Of a stretch of 64,000 bases of DNA, positions 18,928 to 29,904 are shown piece by piece (position 1 is the first letter of the stretch; each line of letters opens with the position of its first letter). The notes beneath the pieces are model-generated. The model was given only the letters and a program-made list of their open reading frames with translations, was not told where the DNA came from and made no database searches. This stretch comes from an uncultured virus (IMG/VR IMGVR_UViG_3300001460_000018) (taxonomy: Duplodnaviria; Heunggongvirae; Uroviricota; Caudoviricetes), in the IMG/VR virus record IMGVR_UViG_3300001460_000018, positions 1-64,000 of that record. One strand, 5' to 3'. Both the position numbers and the translations under genes were made by a program.

Positions 18928-19686
18928 ATGAAAAAAGTAGAATTAACTGGAGTAAATGTAACAGAGTTTACAAAATTTATTGGAATGCTTGCTAAATTAA
19001 GCTCAGCTAGCACAGTGTACTTTACAATTGACAATGATAAGATAATTTCAGATTCTTATATTGAGAGTAAGTCACTGATTAAATCACTAAGATACAAATT
19101 ATCAGATTTCTTTGAAGAAGATACTATTAATAGTGTTGTAAAATGTACTTTTTATAGTGGTAAAAAACTTGCTGATGCATTTTCATACCTCAATGGGAAT
19201 GACATAAGAATCACTATTGATTATAATGAATATGAATCTGAAAATTTTGCAACTAGATTTGTTATAACTGATGGTAAATTAAAAGTTACTCTTAAAGGTG
19301 GTGATCCTGCATTAATTGAATTTGTTAGTGTTCCTCAGAAAGCTATTGATACTTTAACTAATTGTGATTCTGCTGGGAATTCATTTCAGATAACATCTAA
19401 TGAATTAAAGCAAATTAAAAGTTTAGAGAAGTTTGATACCAATCCTTACATTACATTCTCAATTAATGGAAGTATTAAAGTTAAATCAGAAAATTCTTTT
19501 GAAATTGACATTAATGATAACATGGATCAAGTTTCAACTGAAGGTGAATATAAAGTAGATAAGACTTTAATGGCATTAGTTGAAAATGAAACTTATTCAG
19601 CATATACATTTGATGATAAAATAATCTTAAAGAGCGTAGATGAAAAGATTATAAATGTAGTTGCTTTAACTGATACAGTTGATTAA
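18928..19686 (+). CDS. Sliding clamp (T4 gp45/PCNA-like)
   Basis: 252 aa with a two-domain alpha/beta pattern (FQITSNELKQI, NSFEIDI); sits between the polymerase halves. Confidence 0.65.
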   Translation: MKKVELTGVNVTEFTKFIGMLAKLSSASTVYFTIDNDKIISDSYIESKSLIKSLRYKLSDFFEEDTINSVVKCTFYSGKKLADAFSYLNGNDIRITIDYNEYESENFATRFVITDGKLKVTLKGGDPALIEFVSVPQKAIDTLTNCDSAGNSFQITSNELKQIKSLEKFDTNPYITFSINGSIKVKSENSFEIDINDNMDQVSTEGEYKVDKTLMALVENETYSAYTFDDKIILKSVDEKIINVVALTDTVD

Positions 19687-20903
19687 TGATTAATATATCA
19701 GAAATTCATACTGATGAGCTGGATAGTGTTGACTTTAATTCTTTAAGTAAACAAGAATTGGTTAACACTATTCATCAGCTTGAAAATGAAGCTCTTGTGT
19801 ATGACACTATGCAAATGGCCGAAAAAATTGCACTTAACAGTATTTATGGTGCATTAGGTAATGAGCATTTTAGATTCTTTGATGTTAGATTAGCAGAAGC
19901 AATCACATTACAAGGACAAGATGCAATTAAGTATAGTGAAACTGTTCTAAATCAATATTTCTGGAAAGCATTTCATAGAGATAAAGAACTTCTTAATGCA
20001 CTTAAAGAAAAATGCCCAGATGTTATAACAGAAAATGTAAAGCCATGTGAAAATCCTGTAGTTGTTTATATGGACACAGATTCTTGCTATGCAACATTTC
20101 AAGAAGCATTGGATAATGTTAATTGGACAGGTCATGTAAATGATTTTGTTCTTACTATGACAGACGCAAGATTAGGTAGTTATTTAACAAATGCATTTGA
20201 AAAATATGCAAAGCATTATAATACAGATAATTACTTAATGTTTGAATTAGAATCTATAGCATATCATGGGATTTGGACAGCAAAGAAAAAGTATGTTCAA
20301 GAAATGGCATGGGCAGATGGTAAAATTTATGAACCTCTCCAAAAAATTAAAGCAACTGGATTAGAAATGATTCAAGCACAAACTCCAGCATTTTGTAGAA
20401 ATATTCTTGCTGATGTAGTAAAGTGGATGTTTAAGAAAGGTGCTTCTTTTGAAATTAAGGATTTGGCTAATGAATTATCTAGCATAAAGAAGCAATTTCT
20501 AATATCAGATATAGATGATATTTCTAAAAACACATCTATAGGTGATTATAATAAATTTATATTAGAAGATGAAGCATCTCTAGAAATAGGTCCTCACTGT
20601 CCTGCACACGTTAGAGGAGCAGGTGTACATAATCATTTACTTAATAAAAATCCAAAGCTAAAGAATAAGTATGATAGCCTAAGATCAGGTGATAAGGTTA
20701 AGTGGTATTATGCAGCAAGTATATCTGAAAAGTTTGATAAATTTTCATATAGGCGAGGAGATCACCCTAAAGAGTTTGCTTTGGCTATGGATTATGATAC
20801 TCAATTTGAGAAAACTTTACTGGGTCCAGTAAATAACATCATAGAGGCAATGAAATATAAACCACTTACAGCGAGTCTTCATACTGCTAAAAAATTATTT
20901 TAA
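19686..20903 (+). CDS. Family B DNA polymerase, C-terminal part (motifs B and C), gp43B-like
   Basis: KIALNSIYGALGN, YMDTDS, KKKY, KATGLE. Confidence 0.92.
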   Translation: MINISEIHTDELDSVDFNSLSKQELVNTIHQLENEALVYDTMQMAEKIALNSIYGALGNEHFRFFDVRLAEAITLQGQDAIKYSETVLNQYFWKAFHRDKELLNALKEKCPDVITENVKPCENPVVVYMDTDSCYATFQEALDNVNWTGHVNDFVLTMTDARLGSYLTNAFEKYAKHYNTDNYLMFELESIAYHGIWTAKKKYVQEMAWADGKIYEPLQKIKATGLEMIQAQTPAFCRNILADVVKWMFKKGASFEIKDLANELSSIKKQFLISDIDDISKNTSIGDYNKFILEDEASLEIGPHCPAHVRGAGVHNHLLNKNPKLKNKYDSLRSGDKVKWYYAASISEKFDKFSYRRGDHPKEFALAMDYDTQFEKTLLGPVNNIIEAMKYKPLTASLHTAKKLF

Positions 20904-20914
20904 AATAAAAAGAT

Positions 20915-22168
20915 ATGGCAAAAAAACAAGAAAGATCAATAGATGATATTTTTGGGAGCTTAAATAAAATAAACCCATTAAGTACAATGGATCTTGGCAA
21001 TTCAAATATTGGTAGAATAACTGACCAAATTGATACAGGAAATTGGATTTTAAATGCAGCAGTCTCAGGATCAATAAAAGGCGGCATAGCAAATAATAAG
21101 ATTTATCAAATGGCAGGTGAATCTGGTGCAGGTAAAACATTTGTATGTTTAAATGTTATTAAGAATGCTCAAGAATCTGGGTATTCTATAATGTACATTG
21201 ATACTGAGGCAGCATTAGATCATTCAATGTTAGAAAAGTTTGGAATAGATACAAGCCTAAAAGGAAAGAGTAAGTTTATGTATATGCCAGTAGGTGATAT
21301 TGATAAACTAAAGAGTACTTTAACCACAGTTGTTAAGGACCTTAAAGAAGTAAAAATAAGTGGGGGAACTATTCCAAAGATGTTAATTATATTAGATAGC
21401 ATTGGAATGATTGCATCTAATAAAGAAATTGAAGATGCAAAAGAAGAAAACCATAAAGCAGATTTTACAAGAGCAAAAGGAATAAGATCCTTATTTAGAA
21501 ATATTACATTAGATCTTGGATTAATCGGAGTACCTATGATTTATACCAATCATGTTGGTGTAAACATTGGCGGGTATGGAGATCCTATGGTTGTAGGAGG
21601 TGGAGAAGGTAATAAGTACAGTGCATCAGTTACACTCTGTTTAAGCAAATCTAAATTAAGAGAAGATAAAAAAGATGTTAAACGACAAACAGGCATCATA
21701 TGTAAAGCAAAAACTCTAAAGAATAGATTTGCACAACCTATAGCAATAGAATTCCATATTGACTTTAGAAAGAGGTTTAATAGATACATTGGAGTACATC
21801 CTTTTATAAGCTGGGATAATTGTGGAATTGGCAAAGGAAAAATATGGACACAAAAGCAATTTGATAAGCTATCAGAATCAAGTAAGAAAATTTGTAAACC
21901 ATTTACTTCTACTAAAGAAACTAAAACAGGCGAAGAAACTGTTACCCTATATTTTGAACCTAGAGAAAGCGCATTAAAATTTGTGGTTGAGCATCTAGGT
22001 GAAACTGTTGATAAATCTGAGCTTTTTACTGCAAGAGTAATGGAGCCAGTAAAAGATAGGCTTGATGAAGTAATCGTAGAAGCATTTTCATTTGGATCTG
22101 ATGAAATTGAAGAAGAAATTGATAGTTTGATAGATGAAATTGAAGAATCTGATGAATTAGTTGATTAA
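20915..22168 (+). CDS. uvsX: RecA-like recombinase UvsX
   Basis: GESGAGKT, YIDTE, ILDSIG, YTNH, GGGEG.KYSAS, KNRF. Confidence 0.92.
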   Translation: MAKKQERSIDDIFGSLNKINPLSTMDLGNSNIGRITDQIDTGNWILNAAVSGSIKGGIANNKIYQMAGESGAGKTFVCLNVIKNAQESGYSIMYIDTEAALDHSMLEKFGIDTSLKGKSKFMYMPVGDIDKLKSTLTTVVKDLKEVKISGGTIPKMLIILDSIGMIASNKEIEDAKEENHKADFTRAKGIRSLFRNITLDLGLIGVPMIYTNHVGVNIGGYGDPMVVGGGEGNKYSASVTLCLSKSKLREDKKDVKRQTGIICKAKTLKNRFAQPIAIEFHIDFRKRFNRYIGVHPFISWDNCGIGKGKIWTQKQFDKLSESSKKICKPFTSTKETKTGEETVTLYFEPRESALKFVVEHLGETVDKSELFTARVMEPVKDRLDEVIVEAFSFGSDEIEEEIDSLIDEIEESDELVD

Positions 22169-22182
22169 TATTCAGATTCTTT

Positions 22183-22211
22183 TAAACATTTCATACTTAA
22201 TAACTATTTAA
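22183..22211 (+). promoter_or_regulatory. Putative middle promoter
   Basis: TAAACA-N16-TATTTAA upstream of the helicase. Confidence 0.6.
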
Positions 22212-22220
22212 AAATAAAAA

Positions 22221-23513
22221 ATGATTAATACTGGTGAATTTGAAAAAGTTTTTTTACTATATGCTTTAGAGAATCCTCATTATCTTTCTTCTGTTGATAA
22301 AGGATTCTTTGAAATTAAAGAAATTGATACTTTAGCAATAATAGTAAAAGCATATTGGAGTAAATTTAAACAAACTCCAACTAAGGAACAGTTATGGATG
22401 TTAGTTAAATCTAAAGATATTCAAATTGACGGTGGGTTATATAATAAAATCTTTGAAAATCCTTTAGAGAAATATGATATTGACTGGGTTAAAAGAACTG
22501 CAGAATCTTGGATATTATGGAAAAACCTAGATAGTAGTTTAACAGATACCCTTGAGTTCGTTAGCACACAACAAGTATCTCCTGAAAATGTTGAAGGTAT
22601 AATAAGACAAGTTAAGGATATTATAAATGGCAGAAATTCAATCAATTTTAATAATGATTTAGGATTAAGTTTCTATAATGCAATAGATCATAAATTAGAT
22701 TCACTTTCAACTATCACAACTAATTATATGTTTGTTGATAGACTGATGGGCGGGTATACAAAAAAGACATTAAATGTTTATGTTGCACCGCCTAACACAG
22801 GGAAATCATTATTCATGGCACATGATGCTGCTGAGTATATTAAAAAAGGCAAGAATGTTATATATGTAACTCTTGAAATGAGTGGCCAAAAGATTCTTAA
22901 AAGAGTTGGTGCAAATGTATTAGGAATCTCAATAGATGATTATGAATCAAAATCTAGGAATACTGAATTCATGGAGAAAAAGATTAAAGCATTCAAAAAT
23001 CAATCTCTAATGGATCCAGGTGAATTAAGAGTTGTTGAATTCCCTACATCCACTGGAACTGTTGATGACATTGATGTGTATCTTAAAAATATTCAAGAAA
23101 CTACAGGCATTAAGTTTGATGTTGTTATTATTGATTACATTAATATTCTTAGAGATATTAGAAACCCAAACACAGAACAAACGTATATTAAAATTAAGAA
23201 TATATCTGAAGATCTTAGAGCGTTTTCACAAAAGAATGATGTTGTTGTGATTAGCGCAACACAAACAAATAGAGGTGGCTTTGATTCTACTGAAGTTACT
23301 ATGGCAAATATTGCTGAATCTGCTGGTTTAGCTCATACTGCCGATAATATCATGGCAATTATTCAAGACTCTGAGATGAATCTTAATAAAGAATACTGGC
23401 TTAAATTACTTAAAGTAAGAGATGGCGCTGGTAAACACACTAAATGTTTATTAAACATTGATTATGATTATATGATATTATCAGAAACTGATGTTTTAGT
23501 AGAAGATAATTAA
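22221..23513 (+). CDS. Replicative DnaB-like helicase (T4 gp41-like)
   Basis: APPNTGKS, TLEMS, IIDYINI, ATQTNR, AESAGL, KVRDG. Confidence 0.93.
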   Translation: MINTGEFEKVFLLYALENPHYLSSVDKGFFEIKEIDTLAIIVKAYWSKFKQTPTKEQLWMLVKSKDIQIDGGLYNKIFENPLEKYDIDWVKRTAESWILWKNLDSSLTDTLEFVSTQQVSPENVEGIIRQVKDIINGRNSINFNNDLGLSFYNAIDHKLDSLSTITTNYMFVDRLMGGYTKKTLNVYVAPPNTGKSLFMAHDAAEYIKKGKNVIYVTLEMSGQKILKRVGANVLGISIDDYESKSRNTEFMEKKIKAFKNQSLMDPGELRVVEFPTSTGTVDDIDVYLKNIQETTGIKFDVVIIDYINILRDIRNPNTEQTYIKIKNISEDLRAFSQKNDVVVISATQTNRGGFDSTEVTMANIAESAGLAHTADNIMAIIQDSEMNLNKEYWLKLLKVRDGAGKHTKCLLNIDYDYMILSETDVLVEDN

Positions 23514-23529
23514 AAAAAAATAAAAAAAC

Positions 23530-23967
23530 GTGGATAAATCATATTATAATGAAAACCGGTATTATGATGCAGATGTCACAAAGCATGATACTAAATTAGA
23601 AATTGACACAAACTCTCCTGTTTATACTAATTATGAACAAGACTATGTTGAGAAATTACAAAGCATTAAAGATCTTGAGAATCATATTAATAATGATAGT
23701 GTAATAAGAAAAATTGTAGATAAAATACCTACTGCTGATATTAAAAAGAGAATTACTTTAAATATAGAAGAAACTAATAAATTTTATGGATTCTGTAAGC
23801 TTAGATTAGAATCACAGTATACACAAGTACAAATATTTGATATTGCAACGTCATATCTTAATATAGAACCTAAAGATTTTTACGCAAAATTATCAATAAA
23901 ATTTAAAGAAATGCTATTATCTGAATTATCAGATAGTGGCCATTATAAATCAAAAGCATTATTTTAA
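23530..23967 (+). CDS. Possible late-transcription coactivator (gp33-like)
   Basis: C-terminal IFDIATSYLNIEPKDFYAKLSIKFKEMLLSEL resembles the gp33 helical pattern; ends KALF. Confidence 0.4.
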   Translation: MDKSYYNENRYYDADVTKHDTKLEIDTNSPVYTNYEQDYVEKLQSIKDLENHINNDSVIRKIVDKIPTADIKKRITLNIEETNKFYGFCKLRLESQYTQVQIFDIATSYLNIEPKDFYAKLSIKFKEMLLSELSDSGHYKSKALF

Positions 23968-25032
23968 ATGGCAGGAATTTGGCTTTTTACGGACACGCAT
24001 ATAGGCGCAAGAAGTAATAGTAATGAGTGGATGGATATTATTTCATCTGCGCATTTTAACTTTATTATACCAACGATTGAAAAGAATTGGAAAGAAGGTG
24101 ATCTTATCATACATTGTGGAGATGTATTTGATAATAGACAAAGTACAAATCTAAAAGCACTTGATATAGGAATAAAGGTTTATGAAAGACTAGCAAAATT
24201 AGGACAAGTTCATATCATTGCAGGAAATCATGATATTTATAAAAAAGATAGCACAGAAATCACAAGTCTTGATTCTCTTAAATGGATTCCTAATGTAAAC
24301 ATATGGAAAAATCCTGCATGTATTAATGTAAGACAGCATAAGTTATTTTTAATGCCTTGGAGAGCAACAGTTAAAGAGGAAGGTGAAACGCTTAAAGAAT
24401 ATCAAAAGCAATATAAACCAGATTACGCATTTATGCATGGTACATTTAGCGGAACTCAATATAATAAGTATGTAAAGATTGATGCGAAAGAAGGTGGATC
24501 AACAACATCAACTGCAGGATATAAAAGAGTATTTTCTGGACATATACATTGGCAACAAGATGTTAAGAATATTAATATCATGGGAAGTCCTTTTGAAATC
24601 ACAAGAGGTGATGCAGATAATAAAAAAGGAATGTATTATTTGGATCTTGAGACAGGTAATGAAACTTTTTATGAAAATACTATATCTCCTAAACATCTTA
24701 AATTTAGGTTCACGGAATTCAATAAAGAGCTATTTGAAAAAATAGCCAAAGTTGCACCTAATAATTTTATAGACATTCAGGTTGCTAACTCAGTTCTCGC
24801 AAAGAATGCATCAAAATTCTGGAAATCTGCTGAAAAGATAAAGGATCTTGCTAGGAACCTAGAACTTCAACAATATGAAGATGAGGTTATTGATGATGAT
24901 GTAGCTGAGGTAAGTGAAAATATGGATCATGATGAATTAATCCAAACAGAAATTAAAAAGAGACTTCCTGAAGAAACTGATAGGAAAAAAGCAATAAAGA
25001 TAATTGATGAAATAATTAAAGAAGTATCATGA
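23968..25032 (+). CDS. Mre11/SbcD-like nuclease (T4 gp47)
   Basis: DTHIG, GDVFD, GNHD, SGHIH, GSP. Confidence 0.93.
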   Translation: MAGIWLFTDTHIGARSNSNEWMDIISSAHFNFIIPTIEKNWKEGDLIIHCGDVFDNRQSTNLKALDIGIKVYERLAKLGQVHIIAGNHDIYKKDSTEITSLDSLKWIPNVNIWKNPACINVRQHKLFLMPWRATVKEEGETLKEYQKQYKPDYAFMHGTFSGTQYNKYVKIDAKEGGSTTSTAGYKRVFSGHIHWQQDVKNINIMGSPFEITRGDADNKKGMYYLDLETGNETFYENTISPKHLKFRFTEFNKELFEKIAKVAPNNFIDIQVANSVLAKNASKFWKSAEKIKDLARNLELQQYEDEVIDDDVAEVSENMDHDELIQTEIKKRLPEETDRKKAIKIIDEIIKEVS

Positions 25033-26732
25033 GAATATTAGAATTAGAATTTAAAAATTTCAATTCATATGGAAATGGATTGCAAAAAGTTGATTTAAGA
25101 GATCCTAACTTCTATTTACTTTACGGTGTTTCAGGAGTTGGTAAAAGCACAATAAGAGAAGTTATTGGATATCTTTTATATGGTAAAGTTGATGGTAAGA
25201 ACATGGGCGATCTTCCTAATCGGACAAATAAAAAAGATCTCTATGGTCGAATCTTATTTGAGGCAGGAGGAAGCATTATTGAATTAAAAAGAGGTATGAA
25301 GCCTAATATATTTGATGTAACTATAGATGGTGAACCTGAAGATACTGCAGGTAAAAAGAATGTACAGGAGATACTTGAAACAGAATACTATAAAATACCA
25401 CAAAGCACATATAACAACATTGTAACTATATCAATAGATAAGTTTAAGTCGTTTTTAAATATGTCTCCGTCTGATAAGAGAAAAATCATTGACCAGATAT
25501 TTAGCTTTATTGTATTCAATAAGGTTTATGAGAGACTAAATAGGAAAGTACTTGATTATAACACCGAGCTTAAAAACATTAATGGAAAAATCACAGTTCT
25601 TACCGAGAGCAAATCAGATATTACTCAGAAGTTAGAAACCATGAATAGCCTTAATAAAGAAAAGATTAATGAAGCTCTTGATAGTTTAATTCCAAGGATT
25701 AAAGATTTGCGGGAAACGTCAAAAAAAATAGAAGATGTATTAGTAACTATTAAAGGTAAACAAGATTTAATAACACAAAAAGATTCTGATTTAAGATCAG
25801 ATATATCTACTTATAATTCTGATATATCAAAATATAAAACAGAGATTAAAAATGTTGATAAGCAAATAGATTTATATGATTTAGGTAAATGCCCAACCTG
25901 CACAAGTGATTTAACAACTGATTATCATAAAGATCTTAAGAATGAATTGCTTAAGACACGGACTAGCTTAATTAAAAAGAAAGAAGATTTTGATAAATTA
26001 GTTGATTCTAAAAATGCAATGAGAACTACTATTCTTGATGCAAGTAAAAAGGTTCAAGACAAGCGATCACAGTTAAGTAATAAGCTAAGCACTATTAAGA
26101 GTAATTTATCAACTCTTGCACATGAATATAAAATGACAAAAGAAAGTCTTGAAAGCGACAGCTCAGAATTTGATGGCATATTAAAGAATACTGTTGATAA
26201 AATAGACAATCTTATGAATAGCTTAGATAATTTAAGTAAGGAAGAATTCCTATATTCTGAAATATCTAAAATATTTGCAGAGGATGGTGTTAAGAAACAA
26301 ATCCTTAAATCTGTTTTACCTGGATTAAATAAGTCAATTAATGAATTTACTAGAAAATTGCATTTTCCATATAAAATTGAAATAGATGATAAATTTAATT
26401 CAGTTATTACAAGCATGGGTTCTACTATTTCTGTAAAGACATTAAGCACAGGTGAACATAAAAAAGCTGATTTTGCTGTCCTTATATCAATTATTAAAAT
26501 AATGAAAAGAAACTTTCCTGGAATTAATTTATTATTTCTTGATGAGCTTCTTGGAAATATTGATGGTCATGGTATTTATGAATTGCTTTCATTAACTAGA
26601 AAAATAGTTGATGAGCTTGATATGAATGTATTTGTGATAAATCATGCTGAATTACCATCAGAGATTTTTGATTATAAGATAGAAGTTGTTAAGAAAAGTG
26701 GCTTTAGTGAAATGGCAATAGAAAAAACATAA
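25029..26732 (+). CDS. Rad50/SbcC-like ATPase (T4 gp46)
   Basis: FKNFNSYG, GVSGVGKS, CPTC zinc hook, LSTGE, LFLDE. Confidence 0.93.
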   Translation: MRILELEFKNFNSYGNGLQKVDLRDPNFYLLYGVSGVGKSTIREVIGYLLYGKVDGKNMGDLPNRTNKKDLYGRILFEAGGSIIELKRGMKPNIFDVTIDGEPEDTAGKKNVQEILETEYYKIPQSTYNNIVTISIDKFKSFLNMSPSDKRKIIDQIFSFIVFNKVYERLNRKVLDYNTELKNINGKITVLTESKSDITQKLETMNSLNKEKINEALDSLIPRIKDLRETSKKIEDVLVTIKGKQDLITQKDSDLRSDISTYNSDISKYKTEIKNVDKQIDLYDLGKCPTCTSDLTTDYHKDLKNELLKTRTSLIKKKEDFDKLVDSKNAMRTTILDASKKVQDKRSQLSNKLSTIKSNLSTLAHEYKMTKESLESDSSEFDGILKNTVDKIDNLMNSLDNLSKEEFLYSEISKIFAEDGVKKQILKSVLPGLNKSINEFTRKLHFPYKIEIDDKFNSVITSMGSTISVKTLSTGEHKKADFAVLISIIKIMKRNFPGINLLFLDELLGNIDGHGIYELLSLTRKIVDELDMNVFVINHAELPSEIFDYKIEVVKKSGFSEMAIEKT

Positions 26733-26744
26733 TAAATATATTAT

Positions 26745-27593
26745 ATGAGCGACCTTCCACACATATATAATACTTTTCAAAATAAAGATGATGTACTTAT
26801 AAGATCAATTCTAGTAGGTACCTTGCATTCTTTTAAAGATAAGATATATTGGCATAATGTTATTAATAGTGAAAAAACTAAAGTAGATGTACCTTTTTAC
26901 TTTACGATTGCAGGATCTGAAAGATTTTTAAGTGATATATTTTTAAATGAATATAACCTTGATAATGGTCAAGCAGCTGAATCTGTTTATAATAAATACC
27001 CAAGAGCTCATGTATCATTAAATAATATTTCAATACAAGAAGAATACTTAACAAATAAATTTACTCGAGCTAACTTTTTAAAAAATACATCAGATGGCGA
27101 AGTTCTTGAATATAATGCAGAATTTCAAAATATGCCACTTAAAGTTGATATGTCAATAACTATATTTGTTGACTCTATTATAGATATTTTTAAATGTATT
27201 CAATCAACAATGGAAAACTTATATAAGAATGTTTACTATTATGTAGATACACAAGGTATTAAAGTACCTTGTCATTTTTTTATTCCTGATAGTGTTGAAA
27301 AGGAAAGAACTATGGAATTTAGTTTTACTGATAAGAAAGAAATAAAAGTAACATTTGATATAGAAGTGCATGCTGATTATCCATTATTTAAGAAAGATAC
27401 TGAACTTTTTGCAGGTACTTCTATGAGCAAGATTGTATATAAAGTAAACACAGTTAATGCATCATCGCCTGCAACTCGTGAAACTCCTGCTAATGAAACA
27501 GATAGTTCAGGAGGTAAATATACAGTCACTAAATCAGTGTGGCCAACAGAAAATAATAAGGGCAACTTTTATCCTAACAAAGAAAGTGAATAA
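26745..27593 (+). CDS. Tail terminator/sheath stabilizer (T4 gp15-like)
   Basis: IRSILVG, VDVPFY, YPRAHVSL pattern; TAAATA upstream. Confidence 0.55.
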   Translation: MSDLPHIYNTFQNKDDVLIRSILVGTLHSFKDKIYWHNVINSEKTKVDVPFYFTIAGSERFLSDIFLNEYNLDNGQAAESVYNKYPRAHVSLNNISIQEEYLTNKFTRANFLKNTSDGEVLEYNAEFQNMPLKVDMSITIFVDSIIDIFKCIQSTMENLYKNVYYYVDTQGIKVPCHFFIPDSVEKERTMEFSFTDKKEIKVTFDIEVHADYPLFKKDTELFAGTSMSKIVYKVNTVNASSPATRETPANETDSSGGKYTVTKSVWPTENNKGNFYPNKESE

Positions 27594-27617
27594 ATATAAA
27601 AAATAAATGGTTTGGAA

Positions 27618-29291
27618 ATGAAAATCAATATCAAAGAAAAATTTAACTTAATTGAAAAATTAGAAACTCTTAATGAATCTGTTAAAGATCATGCTGAAGC
27701 TAATAGTATTTGCTCAAAAGGTATATATGAATTTAAGAAAGGTGTTAATCCTGGATTATTCGGTTCTTTTATGAACACTCTTAATGCATACAATTGGATT
27801 TCAGAAGTTGATGGATTCATCAATGATTACTCTAAGTTTATCAATGAAAATCAAGTAGGTGTACAATTAGAACAGATTCTTAACTCATTAGATTCAAGTA
27901 ATCATAGAGCAACTTATCAGTCTGCAATTGACACTCTTAATGAATTAGTTCCTATGAAGGAATCTAAGATTAAAGAAAACTTACATAAATTAAAAGCTTT
28001 TAAATTTATACCATCTTTAAGAGTATTTTTAGAAAATTATGAAAAGGTGGAATTTGCGGTAAGCAACTCTGTTAAAGCAATTGTTGAAAAAGAACATGTA
28101 TCACCAGTAATGATTACTGAAAGTGGTTATGTTTTTAACTTAAATGGAATAAATTACGAAACCAACTCATCACTAACAAGTCTAAAGAAATTTGAAGGTA
28201 AAGTTTCTGGTAAATTTAATTATGGACTTAGAGCATTATCTATGTTTAATGCAGATGCTGGTGAATTTGTAATGGAAACAAAAAATGGCTATATTAAAAT
28301 AGTAGCAACTGATGAAGGCGAAAACAAATTCTTTATCGGTGAAAATGAATTCTTTGGGAAAGAATCTATATTAACTGCTCTTAATGTAACAAGAGTTGTT
28401 GATTATTTTGACAAAGATGTTAAATCAGTACTTGAGTTTATGTTTGATAACGCTAATGAGTATGCTGTTATTGAATGTGTAAAGAGTATAAAAATGGCTA
28501 ACGAAAGTTTTAAAACATCTTTCATTAAATTAGCAAATAACAAAATATTACTTAATACTGTAAATTCTTTTGAAAGAACAAATGAAATGACAGAAATTAC
28601 CGGAGACAATTTTGATTCTATTGTGGAATCTTTTGCTAAAGGTTATAAGTTAGATATTATCCCAGTTCTTGAAAGTATTAAAGTAAACTTAAAGGCAGTA
28701 GAATTTGCTAAAAAGGTTAAAGACATCAATTTATCAAAAATGGTTAAAGATTCTGATGCAATCTTTACTGAACTTGATGAAGCGTTATCTTTTTATGATT
28801 CAATGAACGAAGGAGAAAAGTCAGATTGTTCTAAATCTTTTAAATCTTTAGATTCTAAATGTACTATTGCTAAATCTGAAAAGGTTAAGTTTTTGTTAGA
28901 AGCTAAAGCAAAGTATACAAATGAAGAAGTTGATGGAATTACTAATGTTCTTGAATTACTTAACATTGAATTAAAGAAAGCTTTAGGAAAAGTTAATGAA
29001 GATAAGTCATTTGATGAATTTGTTGCATCAGTACCAAAAGCATTATCTGATACAGTTAAGAGCGTTTTTAAGAAATTAAGAAAAGATACAGATGATTATC
29101 AATTTCGTGAAGATGGTGCAATATACTTAGGTAATAAACCAAAGAAAGTTTTAAGTAAAACAATAGGTCTTGATGTTTATAACTTTTATGTTGACACTAT
29201 TGCAATGGTTGGCGATGTAATTTCATATGAAGAAAAGGATAATGACTCAGATAAGATGGATAAGACATTTAGTTTTGTTCCTTATGAATAA
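27618..29291 (+). CDS. Large putative prohead core/internal protein with many LNE/INE/ITE/MNE/VNE sites
   Basis: TAAATA upstream; ATG 27618 (or TTG 27612); last module follows KVNE. Confidence 0.55.
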   Translation: MKINIKEKFNLIEKLETLNESVKDHAEANSICSKGIYEFKKGVNPGLFGSFMNTLNAYNWISEVDGFINDYSKFINENQVGVQLEQILNSLDSSNHRATYQSAIDTLNELVPMKESKIKENLHKLKAFKFIPSLRVFLENYEKVEFAVSNSVKAIVEKEHVSPVMITESGYVFNLNGINYETNSSLTSLKKFEGKVSGKFNYGLRALSMFNADAGEFVMETKNGYIKIVATDEGENKFFIGENEFFGKESILTALNVTRVVDYFDKDVKSVLEFMFDNANEYAVIECVKSIKMANESFKTSFIKLANNKILLNTVNSFERTNEMTEITGDNFDSIVESFAKGYKLDIIPVLESIKVNLKAVEFAKKVKDINLSKMVKDSDAIFTELDEALSFYDSMNEGEKSDCSKSFKSLDSKCTIAKSEKVKFLLEAKAKYTNEEVDGITNVLELLNIELKKALGKVNEDKSFDEFVASVPKALSDTVKSVFKKLRKDTDDYQFREDGAIYLGNKPKKVLSKTIGLDVYNFYVDTIAMVGDVISYEEKDNDSDKMDKTFSFVPYE

Positions 29292-29310
29292 AAAATAAAA
29301 AACATTTTAG

Positions 29311-29886
29311 ATGAAGAGTTATAAAAGCTTTTTAAATGAAAATTACGACAAAGAAACTATCAAACAAATAAAGAAGTCTAAGAATTTTTCTAAGAAAGAT
29401 AAGAAAGATATTATTACAATTTCAGAAATTTGGGGGTTAATTGATACTTGTCATGAAGAAGTACTTGCAAAAACAAGAAATGTTAAAGTACCAGAACACA
29501 AAAGGTTAATTGATGAAGCAGAAGATGATTTGAATGCAATTAGAATTTCATTGAATGATTTCTTGGCTGATAAAGAAGAATTACTTGATGAAGCAAAGCA
29601 TGTTAATGAAGCAGATATATCTGGAAGCAAAATTAGCATGCTTGGAACTAAAATCTTCAATAAAATAAAGATTGGTTCTAAGTTTAACACAGACACTAAT
29701 GTTTATACTGTTAAAGACTTTGGTAGAGCATCAAATGCATTTAAAGAATATATCGTAACTGATAAAAATGGTAAAGATATTGGTGCTAAGCTTAGCGCTA
29801 TGTACAGTACTACCTTTGCTCTTTCTGATGATCCAAGAAGTTTAGTATTTAGAAAAGAAGAAATGCTTAATTCTATAACCATATAA
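29311..29886 (+). CDS. Putative capsid-targeted internal polyprotein (MKSYKSFLNE)
   Basis: Same N-terminus as ORF 10470; junction LDEAKHVNEA. Confidence 0.7.
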   Translation: MKSYKSFLNENYDKETIKQIKKSKNFSKKDKKDIITISEIWGLIDTCHEEVLAKTRNVKVPEHKRLIDEAEDDLNAIRISLNDFLADKEELLDEAKHVNEADISGSKISMLGTKIFNKIKIGSKFNTDTNVYTVKDFGRASNAFKEYIVTDKNGKDIGAKLSAMYSTTFALSDDPRSLVFRKEEMLNSITI

Positions 29887-29904
29887 AATAAAAAGTAACC
29901 TAAG

